Shown here piece after piece: positions 13,582-26,567 of a DNA stretch of 64,000 bases. The stretch is from the NCBI GenBank assembly GCA_038496445.1, contig JALMLS010000195.1:62001-126000 (forward strand), written 5' to 3'. The translations under genes and the position numbers were made by a program. Source of the DNA: Trichosphaerium sp. ATCC 40318 (taxonomy: Eukaryota; Protista; Tubulinea). The notes beneath the pieces are model-generated. The model searched no databases. It saw nothing but the letters and a program-made list of their open reading frames with translations, and was not told the origin of the DNA. Positions within the stretch are counted from its first letter, which is position 1, and each line of letters starts with the position of its first letter.

Positions 13582-14139
13582 TTTTAATTGTATTTTGAAA
13601 TCTATTTGATTGTAAGTGGCAAATACTTGCCAAAGCGTACACAAACGCAAAACATTACCTTTTGAGAGCCCGTATGAGTGGTTTAAGGAGAAAGAATTTT
13701 CCACAGCGCCTAAACAACAATAAAACGTAAGTACTGACGTCACCACTATGTTGGGCGAATATGATGAGTTTTAGCGAATAAAAGAATCTTAAGCGATTCT
13801 TGCATGGCTACTAGCCTACACACGCCAGTTGTTCCTTTGTGATACCTTTTGCACTGTATTGCGAATGAGAAGTTTGTTTGAAATACTATGACAACATTGG
13901 TCAAGGCTATTATTTTGTTTAAAAATGATGTACAATAAAAACAAGTCCAAGTCACGCTACATTTCACGTTCAGTTCACAGCCTTACTTCCATTCTGGTAC
14001 TAGAATTATGTCAATGTTCAATCGCAACGTAGTTTCTCACAGTGACAGTTTGGATACGAATAACGTGATAAAGAGATGATGAACAGTAGTTTTATTCGCA
14101 ATGGAAAATGACTTGTGGGTTTTTTTTGTCTACTGTAAT

Positions 14140-15440
14140 TTATAGACCATAGAATGATACAGCATTGGCGTAAAATAATTTTCTCGTTTCCTCCTTTGTA
14201 AATCCTTTAGATGATGTTATTTCCTTGTAGCCATTCCACAATGTGTCATAAGAAGAGTATCTTTTGTCTACAGGAAAGTTGCTTGCAAACATGCATCTTT
14301 CAACACCAAATATTTCGATTGTCTTTATAACGAATGGTCTAATACTATCCACAGTCCATTTATTATCAAACATTCCTAACCCTGAAATCTTTATGAAGAC
14401 ATTGGCAAACCTGGACAATAAATCAACAAGTAAGAAAATAAATGGAAAAATTGCCTGAAGTTTAAGTGGTTGCAAGTTGATATACAAGATTATGAAGCAA
14501 CCACTAGATGACGCTCTTTCAGGCCAGAGGCAATCCATGCAACAAGTCTTATAACTAGGAAAAGACGTACTTGGCCAACTTTTTCATCGCTTCTTCCCAT
14601 TCAGAGATTGCCTCAGCTGTCCTCTTGGTACACATACCTGGTATGAATAATAAGTCTACAGAATTTTATAAGGTGAACTGTACCTGTGTGGTTTATCATA
14701 ACACGGACTTTGGGATTCTTGTTGATAATTTTGATCATAGCACCTGTTTGATGAGGATAGAATATTGCCTCAAAATGAAGGTTATATTTCTCGAGTAACG
14801 CATAACCCTTTTGCCATTGTTCATTGTTTAGATAGTCAATAGGTGCCCAAGATAGCGCAGGATTACTATGACGTGTTATCAGTTGACGAACACCCCTGTG
14901 GAGTAATGTGAGTACAGAAACACTTCATATACTGTGTACCTTAGATTTCCACCACAAGCAACATGTTGCTTGATTTCATCCTCAGCGTTAGGATCTTCCA
15001 GGTTCACTTTAGCTACAAAAGCATGTGGGAATCCTCTCGAATCTAAATTGAAGGTTTTAAGCGTTACAACAAGGTCAGGTATACAATACAAACAAAGAAG
15101 CTGTTTTACTTTTTGAAGTATCTTTGTTTAGTGATACAATCCATTTCGTTTCTTCAACGTTGTCCTTTGCCTCTGCTTGGATATGAACTTCACTTTGTTA
15201 GAACAATGTAACCTAAATAACATGATAGAGAATCAATTCTACCTGATTTTGTAACGTTCTGGTTGGCAATGTCCTTTTCCCATTCAGCAATAGCGTATTC
15301 ATCATTTCCTGATATCAGTTAGCCTATTTCTTTGTTGTCTACCTCAAATAGCTTCTTGTCGTACCAACCCAATGAGGTTTGTTTTCGGATAAATTCCACA
15401 TGTGGTGATGAGGGTCGCATATTTCAAAAGAGTCGGTCAT
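14140..15440 (-). CDS. Amidohydrolase_2 family protein (sugar lactonase-like)
   Basis: N-terminal ICDPHHHMW, plus IIINHTG, NVFIKISGLGM and FGVERCMFASNFPVD. Confidence 0.85.
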
Positions 15441-16180
15441 TTGATGTTGACGTATTTGAGTGTCAGATATAATGATAAAAGGATTCATGAATGTAAAAAG
15501 TGTCGGGTAATTGTGACATCGTCGGGGTTTTTTAAGTCCCTAACTTTTTGTTTTCTCTGAATAATACAATTGTGACAACATGATTCGTGACTGAAAGACA
15601 AGCCTCACAAAACTAGTCCAATTGCTATGAGAAACTCTTTTTACACTATAGTACTGTTTCCACTACACTTGGGAAAAAAAAAGACCTGACAGCCAAGTTC
15701 CCTTCTCATAAAACACCCTGTAGAAGGTTGGGCGTACTCCACAAACTTGCAAACAAAGTTATAATAACAAGTCAATAAGCACAGGAACATGCCACTGTAT
15801 TGAAGAGAGGGCTTGGGGTTTGTTGTGATTCTAGAAGTGTTATTTCTTTATGCTATGTAGAGTAATATGTCTCCAATGTTTGTGAATATAGCTTGTAATT
15901 GAGTCTTCTAATAGTTTCCCGTTTTATAAAACGAACTTAGTCAGTCTTCAACCGCACTTCGCAAGAGCGGAGAGTTGAATTGAGAGGGGTAGGTCTAACT
16001 CCTAAAGCAGCCTTGGATATCAGCGATATTTGTAATTTTCATTCTTACATTACAATACGAGCTTCTAGTAACCTTGACTACTAAATACATACAGTATGAT
16101 GATTGAATTGAATGTCACAAAGAACTTTTAAAAAGTACTCATTTTATACAATCTCTTTTGGCAATACATAATGTGGGTTT

Positions 16181-19100
16181 TTATTTTAAGCTGACACAGA
16201 GTTTACAACAACACGTGTCATGTAAAAAAAGTAATAAAAAACACGTGTTTACTTTTTTTTAGAGATCATTGATTGAAGAGGCTTACATTTAGGAAATTTC
16301 TTTGCAATACCGTCAAGCAAGCGTCCATCATGATCTATAGAAGTCATAGATTGATGAGCCAATTTAGTAAGTTTCGAGTTAGGATCATCACGGTATGCTT
16401 CTACGAGTACACCCACAACGTTTTTAGTCCCCGTAATATCACCTGCTTCTAGGCATGTACGCAACTCGCGTGCACAGAATTTCCTGTTCAAAAAAAGTAA
16501 GCTACAACTGGCGCAAGAACAAAAAGTGGGTCTAGACATGATATTACCTTAGATCAGCGTAATCATAAGTTACTGCAAAATGTAGTAATTTAGCAGCATG
16601 ATTGGCACCCATCAAACGACCATAGTAAACAAAAGGTAACAGTTGATCTCTGTACAAAGATAAGAACGTGACACTAACCAGAAGAAAAAAAAAGCGTTTT
16701 CAAAAAGTTTGGTTTCTTATCACTATTCATACCTGAACGTTTCAGTATCAATAGGGCCCCAGTAGCAATGGCAAGACCATTTAGTAATAACATCATTACC
16801 ATTTGCCGATGATACAAGTTCTGCCATCTTACCAGACTTAGAGGCAAAAATAGCCTTATTGAAGCCAACACTCTCGCCTACAAGGGTAGTAACATAAGTA
16901 AACGCCAAACAAAAAAAAGAGCATACCATCAATGATAATTGAAATATCCTTAGAGGTTCCAATATCGTCATAAACAGCTTTAAAGTCATTAACTACTGGG
17001 TCCGTAGCGTTAATGTCTGGTGTTTGTTTCTTTGGCCCGTCTTGAGGTGTATTCAACTTAAGCACAACAACCTGGAAAAGCTCGAATCCAAGCTTGTCAA
17101 CACCCTGAAAACAAGATTATTAGCAAAACTTTCTGAGAAAAAAATAAGAATTAGTAAGTCACCTTCTTTGAAGCCAAAAATTCGGCCTTATGCGCAATAG
17201 CAAAGTCCAAGCAATATCTAAACAAACATAAGCATATGTACAAACCAACAGTACTAGACAATAAAACGGGAAAAAACAAATCCAGAAAGAACGCAAAACT
17301 CAAACAAAATCTTCAATTTCAAGCTTGTTAGTTCGTGAACTTACTGTTGTAGGAGCTCTTCCTTTCTATCATGACAAAGACGCATGAAAGCATGTACGTT
17401 CTTCATAGTAATATTATTAAATATGTAGACATGTGCACGTTGCTCTAACAACAAAAGACGAGTTTCTCTAGCACCCCAGTAAATTCTATATGCTGTGATT
17501 AAATCAACAGCGCTAGTGAATTTATATACTCCAGTATAAACAAACTGAAGCATTGCTTGTAGAGACGCTAACATAAAGCGTTAAATAAGTCGGTCTACAA
17601 AAAGACAAAAAACTTGGTTAAAAGCAACACGCACGTTCCGAAAAAAGTCCAGACATAGTATAAACAGTTATATTCCTCTTTTTCTTTTTTTTAACCTTTT
17701 GTTTTACTACGTGCTTTGACAATAAGTCAGGGCATCTTCTACGTAGCACATAACTGTGTGCATAGAGCTCTTTGCTCTCATTATCGATTAATAGAATCGC
17801 ATCAGCGTGTGTATTATTATTGACCATTTCAAGGTGTCGCACTTTAGGTACAAAAAAATATTAGCCACTACCTTCATATTTTAAATACAGCGTACCTGGA
17901 GGTTTTTGGTCAGCTATCATCTTCTTGACATTACGGCGTGTACGTGGGTGAAAGTTCCTATCGATAATTAGCGATAAAAAGAAACGTCTAAAATGAATAA
18001 AAACAGCTAAAACGCACTTGAGAGAGAACAGACTCTTGTCAGAAGTAAAGTCAATACCACCATAATCCTCATCATCTTCAGAGTCTTCAGATTCATCCAA
18101 ACTACCAACAAGTGCAGAATCAAACTCTAGGCCCTTTGGTGCTGCCATAAGAGAACCAAGTTGAGGGCTTGAAGCTTTTGGAACTACGGGAAAAAATAAA
18201 CATTACAAAAAACCATTCGCCCTATGTTACCTGCTGGTCTTGGTGACTTAGCAAATGAGTTCCCTGAAGCTGAAGGTTTAAGGCCTCCTAAAACGTAAGT
18301 TAATAACTTGAATACATTAAGCAAAGAACAGCAAAAAACTGATTAAAATCTATCTCAAAAAACTGCAAAAAAAAAATGTACCTGCTGATGGTTTCTCCCA
18401 AATACTCTCCTGGGTTGCTTCATTATAGTAGTATAAGTCTCCACCCGTTGTTTTATGTTCTTGCCAACCTTCTGGGAGATCTGAACGCTTTGATTTCTAA
18501 AATGTTGTTAATTCTACTGAAAAGGAGACTATACGCTCGAAATCGTAATATAAACGCGTACCGATACTTTTTTGATCTTTTTGGTAGACTTTTGACGTTT
18601 ATGCTTCCCGCTCTGTTTTTTATTTTTTTTGAATGTCTCGATATCCTCTTCTCCAGAAGGTGGATCTGGAGGATCCCAAGGCCAATCGTCGTCCTATAAA
18701 ACGAACAATTAGCGAATATTTCCAAAAAAACAAAAAAAAACAAATTGTTTGCAACGCAGAGCTGCAACCAAAACAATAATGAACGCTATGTGTAGTGCAC
18801 TAGCGACACATTGACACAACGGGTTTGTGAAGTGGTAAGTTTACCAGAAAAAGGAATGTGGATGGTACCTTTTTGTCCTTTTTTTTGGCTTTTGTGGTGG
18901 TATTTACTCTCGGACTTTTTTTCACGGATTTCTTGCTCTTAGATCTTGATGGCGGCTTGTGTGCTCTCTTTGAAGACGTTGGAGCTACCAATGCAGGTGG
19001 TTTTGGTTGTTTTGCCTTTTGTGGGTAGCTCTTTGGTGGTGGAGCAGGAGGAGGGCCATTCTACAGGCGAGTTTTGAGCGTTTAAAGGCGTGAAAGTATT

Positions 19101-19541
19101 TGGCAACTTACTGTTGGAATTTTGCGTGCAAAGTTTGCTGGAAACCACCCAATCTCTCCGTTAATTTGCGTTTTGAGCCAAAGGCCTTCCAAACTGTTAG
19201 TTTTGGCCAAAAGGGAGCTAAAAGTTAATACCTTTGCCGTCTTCAGCTATAACTTGATACACTTCATCCTTTACGACAGAAATATGCCTTTCGTGTTGTG
19301 CTTCGAAATCGGAAAGTACAACTACCCTGTATGGTTGCCACCGTCCCTTCTATAACAGATTTTAGAAGGGATAAAACAACCATTCGCTTGCAAAAGATAT
19401 TTTTAAGTTTTGGAAGTAATAATGCTTCTTTTAGCTCGATTACAACGCTATTACGATGATAGCGCCAACTTGTGAGTGCTCAAACTTACTAAAGTTGCAA
19501 AATCACTGTACCTGTTCTCCCTGTTCTCCGTTGTCACTCAT
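16181..19541 (-). CDS. SH3 - Pro/basic linker - WW - tandem BTB/POZ protein
   Basis: SH3 (VLSDFEAQHERHISVVKDE...GEIGWFPANFA), WW (LPEGWQEHKTTGGDLYYYNEATQESIWEKP), BTB1 (HADAILLID...LYAHSYVLRRRC...MLQFVYTG), BTB2 (SKDISIII...FNKAIFASKS...LLHFAVTYD). Confidence 0.8.
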
Positions 19542-19791
19542 ACTAATGTGGCTATGTGCTTGCTTTTATTGAGCTATGTTCAAATTTGCAATTGATGCCA
19601 CAAAATAGCTATTGTGATGCGTTAAAGAAGGTAATATGATATCCCGTACGCCCTATTCGTCACTCCTTACTAGAGATAACGGTCAAAGCAGATAAGTCCG
19701 GTAAAAAATTCTTGCCTGTCAAATCGCTTTTAACGCCATGACACAGCACTAAACAGTATACAGAATTCTAAAACATAAATTATAGCCAAAT

Positions 19792-21608
19792 ATGAAACTA
19801 ACTACGAAGGTGTTAATTGGTGGCGTGCTATTTATTGTGGGCGCGTTTTGGTTCTCGTTTTCATACTTCCCAGGCGACAGCGCACCGCCAGTAGCAAAAA
19901 CGGTAAACGACACTTACATAACTTGTTTATAACGTCCCCTAGAGCTTCAAATCGCAGTGGTTTGATGATGGTGGTGTTGACGTGGTTATGCTTTGGAATC
20001 CGACGTTGAGCAAACGCTACCGAAGTTCTTTACGCCAAACTGCTAATCAAGACAACGCAAAGGTGATGGCTACTCTTTATGTTAATTTTGTTTTGACAAG
20101 TGATTGTAGATACAAGATCAACATCTCTACGTACCCTCTAACGTGGCTAGAACTGATTTTACACGATTTGTATTACGTAGTATAGAACAAAGCCAAATAG
20201 AATGGTACGTACTCTATAACGCCGTAGAATAGCCATTGGAGCGTAGCTAGTAATGCTATTTGCTAAAACAAGCTTGTTCGTTGAATCCCTGTTTATTGAC
20301 GTTTAGGGTTCGCAAAGTACACTTGATTGTCCCTGATGGTGCTGTGCCAGATGGTTTTAAACTACCAGAACTCAATTTAGTGCCTTATTCATATCTGCTG
20401 CCAAAGGAATATTTGCCGACATTCAACGAGCAAGCAATCATATGGAACTTACTGAAGATTCCAGAACTTACTAAAAAATTCATTTATGTACCTATGGGCA
20501 CCTTCTTGAGTACGATATTTGATAGCCAATTTCACGTGGTGACAACTTGACGAATTTTTTTTCTTGCACTTTTTTTTTGAAAAGAAATTTTTTATTAGTT
20601 CGATTTGCAGTGTTATTACAGTTCAAACCTTGCTTTTTCAATGTTCTTACCCGATCTACAAGAATACCATTGATTCTACTATAGTAGAAATTTTTGTATT
20701 TTGTGAATTGGGAAGTATTTAACAGTGCTTGTCGTTGAAGATTGAATATTTTTGAAATTAAGTTTTTTCTTTTTTTTTCTTCTAATGGTGTATTGCTAGG
20801 TGATAATTTTAGTCCTGAGGAACTTGTTGATGATAAAGGAAAGCTAGTTATTGAAGTTAGAAAACATTTGAAACTTAAATCACATTATGAAAGCGCAGTG
20901 GGGATATCACAGCATTTGGTATTGGAAAATAAGAAGAATGTTTCTTTTGAAATGTTTGGTCCTGTGCTTTATGACACACAAATCTTAAAGGAGGTTTCCA
21001 ACAGGTATAGTAAAGGCGTTTTAAGTACGACTGCTAGTAAGTGGGAATCACCTAAAACTTTGATCACATCTGTCGTTTATAGAGGACATATTATGGCTCA
21101 ATCTTCAGTACGTGTATTTTTTTTTGATAGTGTTCATAAATAAACTAACGTTCTTCTTTTTGGGTTTAGTCGGATTCTGAGAAGTATGGATACATTATAA
21201 AGCCCTCAAATGGTTGGTTAGTCCAATGGCCTGGAAATAAATATGATGTTACTAAAGCACTTGATCGTGTAAAGAAAGGTAAGCTTCAATATGCAAAAGA
21301 ATTATTTTTTAATGCAAAAAGATTTCTTTACATGAATTTCTTATTCTTGAACTACAGCACACAAGATGTGGTTTTGGATTGCTCCTCGTGTACTAGGAGC
21401 TAGAGATCCTTATACTAGAAAGTCCCTGGACTCTTTCTTAACATCTACATACCCTATACAATCAACTCTTGAAATTCCTGCTGCTGATTATGAGAGAATA
21501 GGACTTTATCTAGGCCTTGCTTTTATATTATCATTTATATCTTTTTTTTATACATGTTCGGCTTTTATGGGTGTAAAGCGTAGTAAAAGAGAAAGATTCA
21601 GTACATGA
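19792..21608 (+). CDS. Stealth-family (GNPTAB-like) hexose-1-phosphate transferase homologue with degenerate active site; N- and C-terminal TM segments
   Basis: CR1-like GVDVVMLWN. CR2 RFVLRSIEQSQIEWVRKVHLIV...LPTFNEQAIIWNLLKIPELTKKFIY. N-terminal TM and C-terminal TM GLYLGLAFILSFISFFY. Confidence 0.75.
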
Positions 21609-22096
21609 TACCATTCATCTAATAAAAATGTAAATAATGAATTATGTACAAATTGCTGTTTATCAAGTGATATAACAGATGAAGAGGTGGTTCAGTCCAG
21701 GCTAAGCCGACTACAAAAATCGGTAGCCAGTTAACGGGCGGCTAAGCAATTCAGCAACAAATCTGTAATCGGCTAAAACCGTTTTAACTGATGAGTTTTC
21801 CGATATTTTTCTTACCGGTAAACACGATACAAAACTTAAGCGGCTAGCCCGCTATACGAGTAACAGGCTAGCGTTTGTGCTTGTAACCACTTTCTAAATA
21901 AAACCACTTCATCATCATTATTCGTATCCAAACTGTCAATATGAACATATGATTGAACATTGACATCCGGTTCTAATGGATATGACCAGAACGTGAAAAC
22001 AACATTATTGCTACACAAAATGCAATTGAAGAATATGTTGCGTTTATTAAACATAGAGTATTTCATTTTTAAGTCACGTGTTCAAAAGGCAAAGTT

Positions 22097-24148
22097 TTAC
22101 TGACAACTTCCTTTAGGGTAGTGCAAGAGCATGTCTTGACTTTCAAGAATTTTCTGGAGTGCAGGTAAGTCAATATCATGCACAGCAACAGATTCCTTGA
22201 TAGCTAATGTCGCTGCTACGCCTGAAGCCTGTCCTAGTTGTATGAAAGTAGGCTCTACACGGGTTGAAGAGTACGCTACATGTGATGCAGAGTGACAAAC
22301 AGGAACAAGAAGGTTTGTTGCTTCAGTTTTTTTTGGAAGAAGCAAAGAGTAAGACAACTCGTATACTCTACCTTTGCCCTCAACTATTGTTCTAGCAAGT
22401 TGACCTTCATTATCAGCTATCATACTACCTGATGTAGGACCAGGTACTGCAACACGTTGGACTACATGTATATCAAGACCCCAAGAACCAACACCGATGC
22501 TATCAGTTGTACACTTTCCACCAACAAGATCGTTTTGTGATGTGACTCTTTCTCCAACTAGTCTTGCTGCTTCTCGAACATAAAATTGTTTTGGCCAGTT
22601 ACTGTTGTAAGGCCATTCATCTTTACACAAGCTGAAATATAATTAGGTTACAAAGAAGTAACAAGGAAGTGGGGTTTTTTTTGTTCCGGAAAATTCTAGT
22701 TATTTACCCGTATGAGTTTGTTGAAGCCTTTGTATAAGAAGGAACGCTTTCATTTGTTGATAAATACGTTAAATAACCAGCAAGATAATCATGATGTTTA
22801 TGAGCTATTTGTTCCCTAGTGTGCAATCGTTAAAACCTTTCCGAAGTACAAAAAAACAAAAAAGTCATTCTTCTAAAGAAGATACTGGTTGTTAGTTTGA
22901 GATCACGTGATTTTTTCATTCTGGAAATCTAAAACCCTGAAACAAAACGTTGTACAAACGCGTACCTTTCTTCTCTGGTTCCGTTTGCATAACCCGCATT
23001 CAAGTTTATTACATCGCTTGTAAATGCACTTCTTGCGGAATCACATAAATCCCACTTGTTGCGATGAGGATAGCTTCTGTAAGCTAGAACATCAACCAAA
23101 TAATTAAACGGAGGTCCGTCGGGGTACTTTCTTGAAGACACTAATGAATCAAGGTATCTCTGTAGCATAATAAAGTCGTCTGGGTTATAATTCTTTGGTT
23201 TTGGAAAAGGCATCATGTTTTCTTTGTTGTTCGTTATACAAAGTCTGTAGCTGTATCCCATCATCTTATCATCTGCGCTTCCAACAGGTTGTAGTGGTCC
23301 CGGGTTAACAAAAGGTACAAGTTTACCTTGTAAGAAGAGTAAGTCGGCTTGAAAGAGTGCGGGATTTTTTTTTGTTGTTTTTCGTACCATCTTTTAAAGC
23401 GCTTACAGGATTGGACTTTAAAAAGTTACCAGTTTCTGTGTACTTCATAACTCCGCCATAAGATTCATTATAAGTACTAGAAGCTTCGCGACCGAAAGTA
23501 TATGATACCCCGGCCATTCGCATTACGTCTCCTAAAACCAAAGTGTCAACTTGTTTCAGTGAAGGAAAGTCAAATTACCTTCATAGCTTGCGTCAATGAA
23601 CACTTTAGCTTGCCATTTTGTAGCTGTGGACACGGCGTCACCTGTTAGAATAGAAGTAATACGTGTTCCGTCCATTTCTACGCCTTCTTTTGTCAAAAGA
23701 AGAGGTTGATTATAAACTAGTTTTATAGAAGGATGAGCGCCTAACATAGCCTTCCAGTTTTCATCTCCGATGTACATATCTGGCTGATAAACAGGATACG
23801 ATACATTATAATGCTTTGCGTTCATCATTGTCCAAGCTAGTCCTAAACCACCAAAACTGTTTGGTTCTCCAAGATCGCGAAGTCCAATACCACCGCTTAC
23901 TACCATTCCTCCAAAATTAAGTTCTGGCTCTACTATAGCGATGGAAAGTTCTGGAGAGTTCATTGCTGCGCCGATAGCGGCTGTAAGACCGGCTGGGGTG
24001 GCTGCGTAGATAACAATGTCAAAATCAACTGTTTTTTGACCCTGATGTCTAATATAAGCGAAAAATCACGTGGAGAGCGAAAGAAGCGCACAGTTGTCAA
24101 TTGACAAAAAAATAGGCCTAGTATTAAACAAGGCAATAACCCTTTCAT
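22097..24148 (-). CDS. Secreted FAD-dependent oxidoreductase (FAD_oxidored family, bacterial-like)
   Basis: Signal peptide, then DIVIYAATPAGLTAAIGAA, AKVFIDASYEGD, GVSYTFGRE, QFYVREAARLVG, NLLVPVCHSASHVAYSSTRVEPTF. Confidence 0.85.
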
Positions 24149-24474
24149 CTGTTACTCTTTTTATGGAGAGGTACTTTGTATGGGAAAAGTTTTTGAGTCA
24201 CGTGACTGAAGTATTTAAGTGATGCCAATCATTGAAAAAACATCCCAATTTGTAAGTCACCTTCACGAACACCTCGTTATTTGTAGTTCATTATCTTGCG
24301 CAAAGACGTCAATACAAATCGCAATTGTAAACTCTGTGGCCTTCGTACACCGTGCAGCAACTATTGCAACGGCAAATTTCAGATGAAGAACTCTAGATGT
24401 GATGCGGATATTTTAGTGCCTCTAGTGCTATGGTTGTACACGATTAAGTTCGACAACATAAGGGCGTCGTAGAA

Positions 24475-25598
24475 ATGAACCAAGAAATAAGCGCGTACCT
24501 TACTTTTTTTATTTTGACCAATCAACGTGTGGTGATTTGTTTCTCCGAGACTTTTGTTCCTATTAAATACAATTTAACTAGCAAAGCTGAACAGTTAATG
24601 GAGGGTATGTCTTTCAAGATTATTATACAATACAGATAAATTAAGCAATTTCTGTAGATTTTAAGATAGGTCATCGTAAAGGCTCAAGGAGGTTTAAACA
24701 AAATGAAACTAATTAGTAACCACCTAATTTTTTGTGTAGATTAAAACCCTCTCCTGTCGAGTACTACGATCCTGACAAACATGGGAATGTCCGAGGGCGT
24801 AAAGGAACTATACGAAAGGCTGGGACGCTCAATCAAGCTGTATTTCTTTGGGCTTGTAGAGAATTATGTGATGTGCTTTTTGAAGTTATTAGTAAGGCGA
24901 AACGCATATCTTGGGATGGAGATTACAACAAGTGCACAGAGCTTCCACAATGGCGTAAATTTCTAGTAGACTCCAATAATAACTGGGCCAACTTTGCTAA
25001 ACTACAGAAAATATCAAAAAAAAATAAGCCAATTTTTAAAAAAAAATTACATTTGCTTGTTGAGTACCGGAATGTTGTGGCTCATGACAATGACAAACCA
25101 AAACGGTCCAAAAAAATAAGTGATTTTGACTTTAATACGTACCTTGCACAAGGTGCTAAAATTGCACGTCAGGTGATAGAGTTCCTTGGATTCGAAACGA
25201 GTTATTGGATTAAGGACTACCAACAGCATTGTAAGGTTTTGAATATGTAACTGTATTGTTAATCACGTGGTTTTTGTTAGGGTGTGTATTGGAAATGAGT
25301 GTACTAGAATTTAATGCCTTATATCCTGGTTACGAAGTTGTTATAAAAAACAAGCAAGAATTAGAAGAGGATATTGAATATGGTCGTCAACAATATGAAG
25401 AAGCAATGAACATTGAGAGAGCAAAAAATAAAAAGCAAGGTGAACAAATAGAAGAAATGAGAGGAAAATTAATCGAAAAAGAAGAAGATGATATGTTGCT
25501 TGAGTATTTAAAAGAAAAGCTACAATTTTTGGGTGAATTCTGCATCTTTTAATAGACTGTTCATCCTCTTCTATAATACTTTAAATACAGTTAAATAA
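24475..25598 (+). CDS. Swt1-like HEPN-domain protein with C-terminal coiled coil
   Basis: Five-exon model MNQEISAKAEQLMEDF...; helical segment NNWANF...LVEYRNVVAHD (RxxxxH at 25068-25085); E/K-rich coiled-coil tail. Confidence 0.6.
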
Positions 25599-25871
25599 AG
25601 TACCATTTTGACCTACGGAGTTCAACACACCATTAACTGGAACTACATTAAACAATATACATCATAGACTGAACAAAAAAGTCTTAAGCTTTATTTGAAG
25701 TTATGGCAGGTTAGCAAATGACACCTTCAAACAGCTACTCCAAAATCCACTAAATACTGATATATAAACCACGCCAAAGATTTATTAACACTCACTGTGG
25801 GAGTGCGGTGGAACCTTGTACCACAGAGTAGGACAGTGTGCATGAGTGACAGAAGCATTATACAATTGTTG

Positions 25872-26567
25872 TCATAGTTTGTTACCTTCTACGTAATAAC
25901 TGTGTTCAAGTAATACTCCAGCTCTAGACCACCACTTATACTCTCCTTCACGTTCATTATTTCGAATGGTACACTCGATTTGTTTTTGACCATTTTCATA
26001 AAAAAGCATGGAAGGACCTTCCTTTACACCGTTTACATAAGTATCCTTGCAAGCCAAAAGACCCTTTTCATTCCACTTTGTATACTCACCATGTCTTTTA
26101 TTGTCTTTGTGATAATACTGTTGGAATGGCTTGCCATCTTGATACCAAGACATGTACTCACCTTCGCGCTTGCCATGATTATAATTAAGTTTGTATACCA
26201 TCTGACCATTTTCATACCAACGCTTGAGCTCCCCATGTGCTTTGTCATTGATAAAATACCGCTTTTCCATCAACTTACCATTGTCACGCCATGTTTTGTA
26301 CTCTCCATCGCGTCTACCACCAGTCCAATGTGCTTCACATACAATTTGATAGCGATTTATCGAAGAACAGCCTGTTGATGCAATACGTTTTCGTTTCAAC
26401 CATTTACCGCTTTTCTCTAACTTGTTATCAAACCTTGTTGTCATTGCGGTGTGTTTACATAAGATTGGCCATTTTAAATACGTGTCTACGTCTAATTCAA
26501 TAATATCTAGCTGTAACTCCAATGGGAGATCTAGTAAAAGACAATAAGCTGATTCTGAGCTATTCAT
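25872..26567 (-). CDS. F-box + MORN-variant repeat protein, single exon
   Basis: LLDLPLELQLDII (F-box), linker TTRFDNKLEKSGKW shared with paralogues, about 7 repeats GEYKxWYENGQ. Confidence 0.85.
   Translation of the reverse strand: MNSSESAYCLLLDLPLELQLDIIELDVDTYLKWPILCKHTAMTTRFDNKLEKSGKWLKRKRIASTGCSSINRYQIVCEAHWTGGRRDGEYKTWRDNGKLMEKRYFINDKAHGELKRWYENGQMVYKLNYNHGKREGEYMSWYQDGKPFQQYYHKDNKRHGEYTKWNEKGLLACKDTYVNGVKEGPSMLFYENGQKQIECTIRNNEREGEYKWWSRAGVLLEHSYYVEGNKL

Noticed and set aside
13582-13746. N-terminal extension of ORF 12520..13746 (similarly 26568-26603 and 28066-28140)
   Set aside because: These begin at non-ATG codons; paralogue comparison places the start at the ATG just before the F-box.
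21836-22066. 76-aa minus-strand ORF downstream of the FAD oxidoreductase
   Set aside because: No domain features; it lies in the probable 3' UTR or intergenic region.
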